A DNA stretch of 64,000 bases from an uncultured Verrucomicrobiae bacterium (GTDB taxonomy: Bacteria > Verrucomicrobiota > Verrucomicrobiia > Chthoniobacterales > JAFAMB01), in contig CAWIPH010000002.1 of assembly GCA_963837955.1 (NCBI GenBank), forward strand, positions 128,001 to 192,000, written 5' to 3'. The number at the start of each line of letters is the position of its first letter. Position 1 is the first letter of the stretch. The notes below the pieces were generated by a model. It searched no databases. It was not told the origin of the DNA and saw nothing but the letters and a program-made list of their open reading frames with translations. The position numbers and the translations under genes are program-made. Of the stretch, positions 9,410-18,521 are shown in pieces.

Positions 9410-11974
9410 GTGGAAATCATTCAGGCCGAACCAAAATCATTTTCCGAGCGGTTACATCCCGTGATCGCGAATTGGTTTCTCGCCAAGTTTCAAAGATTCA
9501 CGCATGCCCAACAGCTGTGCATCCCAGCGATTCTGCAGAAAAGGTCGGTTCTGTTGAGTTCCCCAACCGGAAGCGGGAAAACGCTGGCTGCCTTTCTTGG
9601 AATTATTGATTTCATTCTTCGGGAGGTTGAACAGCCAAATCGCAAGACGAGATCGGGCGTACGGGCAATCTACATCTCGCCGCTGCGGGCTTTGGCTTAC
9701 GATATTCAAAAGAACCTTACCAGCCCGCTCGAAGAGATGGGGCTGCAAACGAGGATCCGGGTTGCACTTCGAACCGGCGATACCAAGCTGGCTGCCCGTC
9801 GAAAAATTCGGCAGACTCCGCCTCACATTCTGCTGATCACGCCCGAAAGCTTGGCGATCATTCTCAGCCAGAAGAGCTATCATGATTTGCTCAGCTCCTG
9901 CAGATACATCGTGGTCGACGAACTTCACGCGATTGCGGAAAACAAACGCGGCATGGACCTCATGCTTTCGCTGGAACGACTACAGGCTATCTGCGCGGAA
10001 CCACTTTGTCGGATCGGCCTATCAGCGACCGTCGCTCCGCTTGAGCGAATGGCCGAATTTCTCGTTGGCCCGAATCGGGATTGTCTGATCGCGGAAGCAC
10101 AGGTCGAGCGGAAGCAGATTGTCGAAGTCTTCTCGCCAATTCGCAAACAGCCTTATCCTCCAGCCGGCTACACCGGGACTCGTTTGCTGGAAGAATTGGC
10201 CAAGCTCGTCCAAAAGCATCAATCGGTGCTGATCTTTTGTAATACTCGCTCCGGCGCGGAAACCATCGGTATTCGGCTCAAGCAGACTCTTCCGGAGCTC
10301 GCTTCCCAAATTGAAACCCACCATTCCTCATTGGATCGGAGCGTACGCCTGTTGGTCGAAGACCGTCTAAAGAATGGGGAGCTTCGTGCGGTGGTCTGTT
10401 CGACCAGCCTGGAAATGGGCATCGATATCGGAGCCATCGATCTCGTGATCATGGTTTCAACGCCAAAAGGGATTTCCCGCACGCTTCAGCGCATCGGCCG
10501 GTCAGGGCATTCCATCCATCAAACCAGCTATGGCGTGTTAGCAGCAACTAACATCAACGATCTGGTGGAATGCACCGTGACGGCGAGTCTGGCCCGGCAA
10601 CGCCGCTTGGACCCGGTGCGAATATTGGAAAAGTGCAACGACGTCATCGCCCAACATATCGTGGGGATGGCTATGTCGGGTCCGATCCATCAAGAGGAAA
10701 TACTGAATGTGCTTCGGCGTTCTTGGCCATGTCGCGATCTCTCCGAAGAAACCTTCGAGCGAATTCTCCGATATCTGGAAGGAGGAGGGAAGGCGTTGGG
10801 TCCGCGGTACAGCACGCTCTTCGGGAAGATCGTGGTGGACGACGGATGGGTGCACGTTCCTTCCCGGGCGGTAGAACGACAGTATTTGCTGAACGTCGGT
10901 ACGATTCCGGCCGAAGGAATGGTGACGGTTTTTCTTGGCCGAAGGAAGCTAGGCCAAGTCGAAGAAGGCTTTATGAAGCGGTTGGCGATCGGCGATCGCT
11001 TTGTGCTGGCAGGCCGAATCGTTCAATTGGTCGAAGCGGGTGTAGTTCACGCCAGAGTCATCCTATCGAAGGGCGAAGGTCCGATCGTCCCAACCTGGAA
11101 TGCCAACAAGATGCCGCTCACGTCTGGCATCGCTCAGGAGGTCGTGCTTCTTCGATCTGAGATCGATCGACGGCTGGAAGAGAATGATCCGAACTTATCC
11201 GAGTGGTTGATCGAAGCCTATGAAATCAGTTCGGCCAACGCGGAAGCCATCATCAATCATTTTCGCGCACAACGCCGTTGCTCGCGCGTACCCGTCACTG
11301 GGATTTTTCTCGTCGAACTATATGTGAGCGAAGAAGGGCTCCTGAACTACTTCTTTCACTCGCTCATCGGCCGCAGCGGAAACGACGCGCTCTCGCGCAT
11401 TATCTCGTTTCGAGTGAAACAGCTGGTTGGCGGAAACGCTATGGTGACAATCGACGACTACGGGTTTTTACTGACCTTGCGTCCATTTCAACGTCTATCG
11501 AAGGCGCAGCTGCAGAGTCTTTTTCGGCCGGAATCGATCTCCGACGATTTAAAGGTTGCCCTCCGTGATTCGGAGTTGGTGCGCTGGCAATTTCGAGGAG
11601 TAGCCCAAACCGGTCTAATGGTTCCTCGCAATCGTCCGGACGTGGAGACAAGAGTCAAACAGATCCATTGGAGTGCAGAAATTCTGTTCCGGGTCCTGCA
11701 AGAGCACGAGCCGAACCATCCGTTATTGGAGGAAGCATACCGGCAAGCGGAATATACATTCTTGGACGCTGAACGAGCCTTCCGATTTGTTGAAGAGGTT
11801 CAAACTTACGACTGGGATGTGCGGGAGGTGCAGACTGTGAGCCCATTCGCATTTGGTATGTATGTCAGCCAGATCAAGGAGGCGATGCTTCACGAGGACC
11901 CCGAGACCGCGATCGAACGGTTGTACCATCGAATGTATGGGCGGGTTGAAGACCCGATAAGAAATGACAAATGA
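9410..11974 (+). CDS. lhr: ATP-dependent SF2 helicase, Lhr-core family
   Basis: Motifs 'SPTGSGKT', 'YISPLRALAYD', 'LLITPESL', 'DELH', 'IGLSAT', 'HHSSL', 'TSLEMGIDIG', 'QRIGRSGH'; 854 aa. Confidence 0.92.
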   Translation: MEIIQAEPKSFSERLHPVIANWFLAKFQRFTHAQQLCIPAILQKRSVLLSSPTGSGKTLAAFLGIIDFILREVEQPNRKTRSGVRAIYISPLRALAYDIQKNLTSPLEEMGLQTRIRVALRTGDTKLAARRKIRQTPPHILLITPESLAIILSQKSYHDLLSSCRYIVVDELHAIAENKRGMDLMLSLERLQAICAEPLCRIGLSATVAPLERMAEFLVGPNRDCLIAEAQVERKQIVEVFSPIRKQPYPPAGYTGTRLLEELAKLVQKHQSVLIFCNTRSGAETIGIRLKQTLPELASQIETHHSSLDRSVRLLVEDRLKNGELRAVVCSTSLEMGIDIGAIDLVIMVSTPKGISRTLQRIGRSGHSIHQTSYGVLAATNINDLVECTVTASLARQRRLDPVRILEKCNDVIAQHIVGMAMSGPIHQEEILNVLRRSWPCRDLSEETFERILRYLEGGGKALGPRYSTLFGKIVVDDGWVHVPSRAVERQYLLNVGTIPAEGMVTVFLGRRKLGQVEEGFMKRLAIGDRFVLAGRIVQLVEAGVVHARVILSKGEGPIVPTWNANKMPLTSGIAQEVVLLRSEIDRRLEENDPNLSEWLIEAYEISSANAEAIINHFRAQRRCSRVPVTGIFLVELYVSEEGLLNYFFHSLIGRSGNDALSRIISFRVKQLVGGNAMVTIDDYGFLLTLRPFQRLSKAQLQSLFRPESISDDLKVALRDSELVRWQFRGVAQTGLMVPRNRPDVETRVKQIHWSAEILFRVLQEHEPNHPLLEEAYRQAEYTFLDAERAFRFVEEVQTYDWDVREVQTVSPFAFGMYVSQIKEAMLHEDPETAIERLYHRMYGRVEDPIRNDK

Positions 11975-11991
11975 CAGATGACAGATGACAA
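11964..11991 (+). repeat. Heptamer tandem repeat ATGACAR x4
   Basis: ATGACAA ATGACAG ATGACAG ATGACAA; contains the lhr stop codon. Confidence 0.8.
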
Positions 11992-12001
11992 ATTTGGAAA
12001 G

Positions 12002-12610
12002 CCTATCCCGGAGGGATTCAATGAAAGTAGCCCAGCAATTTATTGCTGGGAATTAAAGCAAAGACGGTCCCGTCCCGCCAGGGACGATCGAAACTTTCTG
12101 TTATTGGCCCCATTGCGATTTCACGGGCCAATGCGGTGGTCGATCGTCCCTGCGGGACGGACCCGTTTTATAACGTTTACCCAGCCCCGCGGCCGCGCAT
12201 ACGCGTCAACATAAGAATTGGTTTGCCTGCTCCATCGCCGGGAGGGCGCGCGTCCCCGCGCGCCGAGAAAACGATCTCTAACCTGGGGGACGCAATTTAA
12301 CCCTTGGAATACAAACGCGCTTGGGTCCGGCCACAACGGATCGCGGGGACGCGATCCCTCCCCGTGTCGGGTCACGCGGCCGCGCATCCGCGTCAACTTA
12401 AGAATGGTTTGCCTGCTCCATCGCCGGGAGGGCGCGCGTCCCCGCGCGCCGAGAAAACGATCTCTAACCTGGGGGACGCAATTTAACCCTTGGTATACAA
12501 ACGCGCTTGGGTCCGGCCACAAGGGATCGCGGGGACGCGATCCCTCCCCGCGTTGGGTCACGCGGCCGCGGGGCTGGGCTACTTTCGTTGGATCCCTCCC
12601 GCGGGATAGG
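12002..12610. repeat. Family C REPIN/MITE carrying a tandem 2 x ~187 bp insertion
   Basis: Outer inverted arms CCTATCCCG..GAAAGTAGCCCAGC / GCTGGGCTACTTTC..CGGGATAGG; internal CGTCCC..GGGACG hairpins. Confidence 0.85.
12188..12570 (+). repeat. Tandem duplication (187 + 186 bp) bounded by three copies of the palindrome CGCGGCCGCG
   Basis: CGCGGCCGCG at 12188, 12375 and 12561. The units are nearly identical and each holds a GGAG-type REP doublet. Confidence 0.92.
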
Positions 12611-12695
12611 ATCAGAGCTTCGAATTGCGTGATGAGCCATTCTAGATAGTTGCCAACGCCTTACAACGTAGGCAGTTAAAAATCGCTCGCGCCCC

Positions 12696-13358
12696 TTAGC
12701 TAGTCGCTGGTAATTCCAATGAAATCTGGGTCGCGTCGGTTGCGGAGACCGTCGCGTTGATCCGTGCACCGGTTTGAACCATGGGCGCATTTTCGGGAGC
12801 AATTGCCACCTTGGTATTCAGTTGGTAGGGCGGACGATTGGCTACATGCACTTCCAGCAAAAGGTTCATCAGCTTGAAACGTCCGGCCGGTTCGGCTTCG
12901 ACCGCGTCTAATACTATCGCGGTAGCTTGAGCGGGTTGCCCGGCGAGGCCACCAGGTGCTGCCGGAGACGATACCGGACGCGGTTGGACGTTCAGGCCAG
13001 TCGACTCGACTGCGACCCTTTGCAGATCGTTCGGATCAAAACGGACTTGGATTTTCGAACCTGGCTGAAAGGCAGCAAGCGAAAGACGCGAGACGATCAG
13101 TTTGGTGTTCGCCTCAAAACCGGTACGAGATTGGGGCTGAACGAATAACCGAAGAGCGACTCGCGGATTGTCGTTCACCGTGACTCCAGTGTCGGAAATG
13201 CTGAGAACTTCAGCGACGGCTGACTCTCCGTTACGCAGCAGCGCCTGGCGCTGCCCGCTCTCGCGCATCATCCGAAGGAAGAATCGCGCAACGAAAAAGA
13301 TCACTGTCGCAGTAAGCAAAAGCGGGAGAATGACCGACAAGAGAATGATTATAAGCAT
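12696..13358 (-). CDS. Membrane-anchored hypothetical protein with two similar beta-rich domains (DUF3592-like)
   Basis: N-terminal TM helix, then 'GESAVAEVLSISDTGVTVNDNP..PGSKIQVRFDPND' and a second diverged copy. Confidence 0.7.
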   Translation of the reverse strand: MLIIILLSVILPLLLTATVIFFVARFFLRMMRESGQRQALLRNGESAVAEVLSISDTGVTVNDNPRVALRLFVQPQSRTGFEANTKLIVSRLSLAAFQPGSKIQVRFDPNDLQRVAVESTGLNVQPRPVSSPAAPGGLAGQPAQATAIVLDAVEAEPAGRFKLMNLLLEVHVANRPPYQLNTKVAIAPENAPMVQTGARINATVSATDATQISLELPATS

Positions 13359-13388
13359 AGTAAAATCGGCAGGTGTGGTCTCAGCCTG

Positions 13389-15662
13389 TTACGCGGTGCG
13401 GGTAACAGGGTCAAGTATGGTCGCATGGGAGTCTTTCGGGCCCAGCCGGCTGACCGCCGAATGGAGCGCCTGGATTGCATCGATCAGAGCCTCGAATTGG
13501 GCAACGAGCCACTCGCGTCGCGCTGAGTCTGAGACAGAATTGGCCGAGGAATCAGTGAGGCCGATAGTTTTCTCTCGATGCAATCGTTCTTTCCAACGCT
13601 TCAAATCCGGCGACGGAATTTTTGACTCGTCCGAAGGAATTGCTGCAGCCAGCTTTTCGAGGAAATCCGCCAGGTTCATTCCGAGGTCTCGGAGGTTGTC
13701 AGACGGGTTCCCGTGCTGCGTCTGATTTTCCACGATTGACGAGAGAATCTGAAAAATGTCACGCGCGTCGTTAATCGCGGCCAGAAACGATTCAACTTCA
13801 CCCCCCAGGTGAGTCGGTTCACTCAATACTCGTTGACCGGCGGTCGCAGCGTTCGCTAGTGCCAGACCCGCTTTTCGTTGGAGCGGCCGCCACGTTTTTT
13901 CTCCTTTGTCGTCTCTTGACGGTTCGATCAGGGTAGACCGGAGAAAATTGGCGTTTGCCCTAAGTGCCGCCGCGAGCTGACCAGGTAGTTTTTGCTTTTC
14001 CCAGACCGGGAAAAGTACATACCCGCCGACGACCGCTAAGAATCCGCCGATAAAAGTGTGGAGCACGCGCAAGAGGCTGGTCTCCCAGTCGGCGGAGTGG
14101 CCAACGTCCAGCATGACCATGATCATCGGGGTGAGAGCCAGGGTGTATAAGCCGTAATTAATCGGTCGGACGGAGAGCGCGGCAAAAGCAAGCACGGGCA
14201 GAATCGCAATCAGGATGACTTCTTCTTGAATTGTTAAAGAAAGAGCGGCAGCTATCAATCCCCCTAAAACAGTTCCAGTGACTCGCAGCACAGCCCGCTG
14301 GAGTGTTCCTCCGAAATTGGGTTTCAGGATAAATAAGATCGTTACGGCAATCCAGTATCCACGGGGAAGGTGCAGAACGGTGGCGAGGGTCTGACCCAAT
14401 GCGGCGATCAATCCGAGTCGCAAAGCATGACGGAAACCCTCGGATTCGAACGACAGGTTGCTCCTGATTGGTCTCCAAAAACGAAACGGTTTAATTTCCG
14501 GTTCGGAGCTGACGTCCGAAGGCGTCTCCTTTTCGTCTCGATGCGATTCCAGATTTCCAATTAACTTCCTTGCTTTCCGGATCTGCCTGACAAGGTTTCG
14601 GGCAGTGCTTTCCAGTTCGGGATTTGCAAAGGGTTGTGCCTGTCCGCTTGTTCCATGCACGAACAACGCTTCCAGTCTTTCCTCCGCCTTTTTCAGCGCG
14701 GCGTCCGCTTGGACTGAGTCCAAGGTTCGACCTCGTTTCGGGATGGAGCGGGCCAAGTCGCGAACGATCGCGACGAGATCAGCCGTGAGGGCATGCAATT
14801 CGTTAATGATCTCGGCGCGTTGACTCTCGTCGAGTCGAATAACGAGTTGGCGTAGCGCAACCACAGATCCGCCAATTCTATCGAGTAACTCGATAGAATG
14901 AAGCAGCTGAACGCTTCGAGTACTCGGACCGGCTCGCCGGGCACGGATTGCTCCCCAAATCCTTCGGGTGTTTTCAAGCTCAGTGATGAATGAGTCGAAT
15001 GCCAGGGCGAAGCTAAGGTTATTAACCGGTCTGCCGCCGGATGAGCTGCCCGACCAGAACGCATCCAGAAGTTCAGCAAGTTTCAGATAACTTTTTTGCA
15101 GAGCCTCGAAAACCGGGGACGCGGCTTGGAGAGGCCAAAGAGCCAATGAGAGCAATGTCGCCCAGAGCGCGCCCAGACAGCAGAGGCCGGTACGGATCCA
15201 AAATTCGCCAGGCGTGGACAAGGCAACGCTCACGATAAATGTGGTTGAGCTCATCAACCCTGCTTGGGCCGCCGTATTTCCGACTACCCCAAGAAAACCC
15301 GCCACCGACAGCCAAACAAAGATGCCTATGATGTGTGTGATGCTCGATTGAGATGCCCAGGCGCCAACGACAAAGGCGGCAATGATGGCAAGCGAGGAGA
15401 TGACCATGGAGATGGTTCTCTCCCGATAGGTTCCGCCCGTGTCGCACAGCAAAACCCAAAAAGTGATTAATGCGGTGAGTACGCCCCAAGAAATGTGGTT
15501 TTGAGCCCAGCTGATCACGATCGGCACGAATATCCCGATCGCCATACGCAAGCCTTCTGCGATCTCCGGGCGCGGGGAATCGACGCTCGTGTGCCAGGTA
15601 ACAAACGCGTCCCAGATGCGTCCCAGCCGGCCCGCATTTCGAAGAGACGGAGAAGCAGTCAT
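13389..15662 (-). CDS. FUSC family (YccS/YhfK-like) inner-membrane protein
   Basis: Two TM blocks; 'FRHALRL..GYWIAVTILFILKP..GTLQRAVLRVTGTVLG'. Confidence 0.9.
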   Translation of the reverse strand: MTASPSLRNAGRLGRIWDAFVTWHTSVDSPRPEIAEGLRMAIGIFVPIVISWAQNHISWGVLTALITFWVLLCDTGGTYRERTISMVISSLAIIAAFVVGAWASQSSITHIIGIFVWLSVAGFLGVVGNTAAQAGLMSSTTFIVSVALSTPGEFWIRTGLCCLGALWATLLSLALWPLQAASPVFEALQKSYLKLAELLDAFWSGSSSGGRPVNNLSFALAFDSFITELENTRRIWGAIRARRAGPSTRSVQLLHSIELLDRIGGSVVALRQLVIRLDESQRAEIINELHALTADLVAIVRDLARSIPKRGRTLDSVQADAALKKAEERLEALFVHGTSGQAQPFANPELESTARNLVRQIRKARKLIGNLESHRDEKETPSDVSSEPEIKPFRFWRPIRSNLSFESEGFRHALRLGLIAALGQTLATVLHLPRGYWIAVTILFILKPNFGGTLQRAVLRVTGTVLGGLIAAALSLTIQEEVILIAILPVLAFAALSVRPINYGLYTLALTPMIMVMLDVGHSADWETSLLRVLHTFIGGFLAVVGGYVLFPVWEKQKLPGQLAAALRANANFLRSTLIEPSRDDKGEKTWRPLQRKAGLALANAATAGQRVLSEPTHLGGEVESFLAAINDARDIFQILSSIVENQTQHGNPSDNLRDLGMNLADFLEKLAAAIPSDESKIPSPDLKRWKERLHREKTIGLTDSSANSVSDSARREWLVAQFEALIDAIQALHSAVSRLGPKDSHATILDPVTRTA

Positions 15663-15755
15663 CTCGCGAAGTTTATCAGTGCAATCCTGATCGCGAACAA
15701 TGCCAAAGAGCGGATTGCTGCGGTGGAGAACGGCGAGATTTGTGGAATTCCGGCT

Positions 15756-15791
15756 TTGACAACGGGAGCGGATGGGTTTAGATCGATCTAA
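15756..15791 (+). promoter_or_regulatory. Candidate sigma70 promoter overlapped by a LacI-type operator
   Basis: TTGACA at 15756-15761; perfect 14-bp CG-centred palindrome TTAGATCGATCTAA at 15778-15791 over the expected -10 position, upstream of a LacI gene. Confidence 0.7.
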
Positions 15792-15862
15792 TCAACGATA
15801 GGCTTTTCGCCCGTTTTCGGACGATTTTCCCTAGGTAAAGTTTATTGGATCGATTTTTTTGT

Positions 15863-16963
15863 ATGCCCCCCGGCGCCGCTATTTCAACCCCGCAATCGCG
15901 AATCACCCTCAACGATATCGCAGAACATGCCGGAGTCTCTCGCGCAACCGTTTCGCTAGTCTTGCGCAACATCCCATCCGTCGCAGCCGGCACCCGACGA
16001 CGGGTCCAAAACAGCATGCGGGAACTCGGCTATGTTTATAATCGCGCTGCAGCCAGCCTCCGGACCCAGCGATCACACGCGATCGGATTAATCGTTTCCG
16101 ATATCGCGAATCCATTTTTCGCCGAAGTCATCGTTGCTATCGAACGCCGGCTCGATCTTGCGGGCTATGTAACTCTTCTTGGCAATACATCCGAAGACGC
16201 GGAAAAAGAGAATCGGGTCTGGAGAACCATGCACGAGTTTCCGGCAGATGGTTTACTGATTTGTCCAACTTTACGACCAGACGACGAACCTGGCCCAGCG
16301 CCGGGCGTTCCAACCGTCGCGTTCGCTAGATTTCTTTCCGGTGTCGACTTTGTGGGGGCGGATAATGCAGCTGGCGCAGAAATGGCGGTGAAACACTTGC
16401 GGTCCATTGGCCACCGGCGAATCGCGTTTTTAGGAGGGAACCCTCAGCGATCGACTGGGCGGGAGCGCTATCGCGGTTATGTGGCGGCTCTCCAATCATT
16501 TGGACAGACTGTTAATGAGTCGCTCGTGGTTCCCACGCTCCCGAATCGAGCGGGCGGCCGTGAAGGATTAAGCCGGCTGTTGGAACAAGCAGAAGCCCCG
16601 ACCGCCGCCCTTTGCTTCAACGATGTGGTAGCTCTCGGAGCCATCGAGGCGTTGTACCAGCATCGGAAAACACCTGGCGTGAACTTCGGCATCGTCGGCT
16701 TCAATAACATCGCGGAAGCGGCCCAGAGCCATCCCGGTTTGACCACCATCGATACCTCTCCGGCGAATTTGGGTGAAGCGGCTGCAGATCTGCTTCTTCA
16801 GCGGATCGCAGCGCCCGACGCGCCGATTCGGCGAATTATTCTAGAACCACGTTTGATCGTCCGAGCATCATGCGGTGCTCAGGCGTCTTCCCTTGGTTCC
16901 TCCGGCAGGTCTTTGCGCGCCGCCGATCGTGAGGATCCGACCTCGCCCCACAGACAGGTATGA
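15863..16963 (+). CDS. LacI family transcriptional regulator
   Basis: HTH 'TLNDIAEHAGVSRATVSLVL', hinge 'YVYNRAAASLR', sugar-binding domain. Confidence 0.95.
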   Translation: MPPGAAISTPQSRITLNDIAEHAGVSRATVSLVLRNIPSVAAGTRRRVQNSMRELGYVYNRAAASLRTQRSHAIGLIVSDIANPFFAEVIVAIERRLDLAGYVTLLGNTSEDAEKENRVWRTMHEFPADGLLICPTLRPDDEPGPAPGVPTVAFARFLSGVDFVGADNAAGAEMAVKHLRSIGHRRIAFLGGNPQRSTGRERYRGYVAALQSFGQTVNESLVVPTLPNRAGGREGLSRLLEQAEAPTAALCFNDVVALGAIEALYQHRKTPGVNFGIVGFNNIAEAAQSHPGLTTIDTSPANLGEAAADLLLQRIAAPDAPIRRIILEPRLIVRASCGAQASSLGSSGRSLRAADREDPTSPHRQV

Positions 16964-17331
16964 GCGTCAACATAAGAGGAACGATATGTGCCCAGAGTCG
17001 TCCCGGCTTGTCCGCCGTAGCCAGGAGGGCGAAGGAGGAAGGGACTCAATGAAAGTAGCCCAGTACGAAGTGCTGGGATGGCGTTCAAAAAAAGGGACCC
17101 GTCCCGGACGGGACGATCGAGGGTTGCTTACGCTGGTGAAGCTGCATACGAGAGAACCAGGGGCCAGGACACTTCTATCGTCCCTGCCGGGACGGACGTC
17201 TTTTTTGCATTATTTCCCAGCACTTCGTACTGGGCTACTTTCATTGAGTCCCTTCCTCCTTCGCCCTCCTGGCTACGGCGCACAAGCCGGGACCAATCCT
17301 CTGCGGATGCTTCTAAGCCTTCTGTTGAAGC
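16964..17331. mobile_element. Composite MITE-like element (GCGTCAACATAAG termini enclosing a family C REPIN and two mini-elements)
   Basis: GCGTCAACATAAG at 16964 and CTTCTGTTGAAGC at 17319-17331; the interior is a long imperfect palindrome. Homologous copy at 59864..60180. Confidence 0.8.
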
Positions 17332-17383
17332 AGATGCACGGACGCGGCGACGCGGTCGGACAAGAGTCAATCCCTCCCAGAAA

Positions 17384-18409
17384 ATGAGCACTAAACAAGA
17401 AAAACTACGTTGGGGTTTGATTGGTGCGAGCGACATCGCTGAAACCCGGATGATTCCCGCTATTAATGCCCAGCCCGATAGCATGGTGCACTCGGTGGTA
17501 AGCGGAAACGCTGAATACGCCAAATTGTACGCAAAGAAAAACTCGATTCCCAAGGCGCACCAGAATCTGGAGACGTTCCTGGCGGATCCCAATCTCGACA
17601 TTGTGTACATCAGCAGCACGAACGAAAAACACCTGGAACAAGCGTTGTCGGCTATTCGGGCGCGCAAGCCGGTCCTCTGCGAGAAACCCTTGGCTTTGAA
17701 CCTGACGGATGCGCGGGAGATGGTGACCGCCGCCGCTCGAGCAGGGCTACCGTTCGGTACTAATCATCATTTGCGCTGTGCGCCGACCCATCGAACCCTG
17801 CGGCGACTCGTTCAGGAAGGCGCCATCGGCCAACCTCTCGCGGCCAGGGTTTTTCATGCTGTATACCTTCCGCCTCGGCTCCAAGGATGGCGCTTGGATA
17901 ATCCTGCCGCCGGTGCCGGAGTAACCCTCGACATCACTGTGCATGATGCTGACACACTGCATTTCGTTCTCGGTGTGCGAGCCGAAGAGGTCATCGCCCA
18001 ATCAGTGAGCCAAGGACTTGGCCAAGGCGGAGTGGAGGACACCATCATGGGCGTCATCCGTTTCGAAGGAAATATTCTGGCGCAGTTTCATGATTCTTTC
18101 ACCATCCGCCACACTTCGACCGGCCTGGAAATTCATGGCACCGAGGGATCCTTACTGGCGACCGACGTAATGACGCAAGAACCGGTCGGACGAATCGTGC
18201 TCCGTCGCGGAACCGACGTGACGGAGATTGATCCTGGTCCTCGCGAAGACCTTTACTCATTCGCGGCGCAGCATTTCAATGCTGCCGCCCAAGGAGAGGG
18301 TCATCCCGCCGCAACCGGAGAGGATGGAATCCGATCTTTGGCCGTCGCCTTAGCGGCCGTAGAATCAATCAAAACCGGCCAACGCGTGAAGGTACATTAT
18401 GACGTGTGA
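17384..18409 (+). CDS. afr: Gfo/Idh/MocA oxidoreductase, 1,5-anhydro-D-fructose reductase-like
   Basis: 'RWGLIGAS', 'LCEKPLA', 'GTNHHLR', 'AARVFHAVYLPPRLQGWRL', 'LDITVHDADTL' and 'ATGEDG' closely match my recollection of Sinorhizobium Afr. Confidence 0.85.
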   Translation: MSTKQEKLRWGLIGASDIAETRMIPAINAQPDSMVHSVVSGNAEYAKLYAKKNSIPKAHQNLETFLADPNLDIVYISSTNEKHLEQALSAIRARKPVLCEKPLALNLTDAREMVTAAARAGLPFGTNHHLRCAPTHRTLRRLVQEGAIGQPLAARVFHAVYLPPRLQGWRLDNPAAGAGVTLDITVHDADTLHFVLGVRAEEVIAQSVSQGLGQGGVEDTIMGVIRFEGNILAQFHDSFTIRHTSTGLEIHGTEGSLLATDVMTQEPVGRIVLRRGTDVTEIDPGPREDLYSFAAQHFNAAAQGEGHPAATGEDGIRSLAVALAAVESIKTGQRVKVHYDV

Positions 18410-18454
18410 CGGCCTTTCGCTCTCGTCATCGGAACGTGACGACACCCCCCTGAC

Positions 18455-18507
18455 CGGGAGGGCGCGTGTCCCCGCGCGCCGCGGATCGCGAGGACGCGAT
18501 CCCTCCC
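18455..18507. repeat. Family D GGAG-type REP doublet
   Basis: GGGAGGGCGCGTGTCCCCGCGCGCCG followed by GGATCGCGAGGACGCGATCCCTCCC; the same arms occur at 12240, 12426, 36510 and 42804. Confidence 0.8.
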
Positions 18508-18521
18508 GCGCTTGACGCTTT

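Noticed and set aside
12188..12570. CRISPR array or protein-coding repeats (ORFs 12121..12561, 12218..12649)
   Set aside because: Two near-identical 187-bp units of palindromic repeat DNA; the ORFs are low-complexity translations of it.
17078..17383. N-terminal extension of the Afr-like protein
   Set aside because: Lies mostly within the composite MITE; homology starts at ATG 17384.
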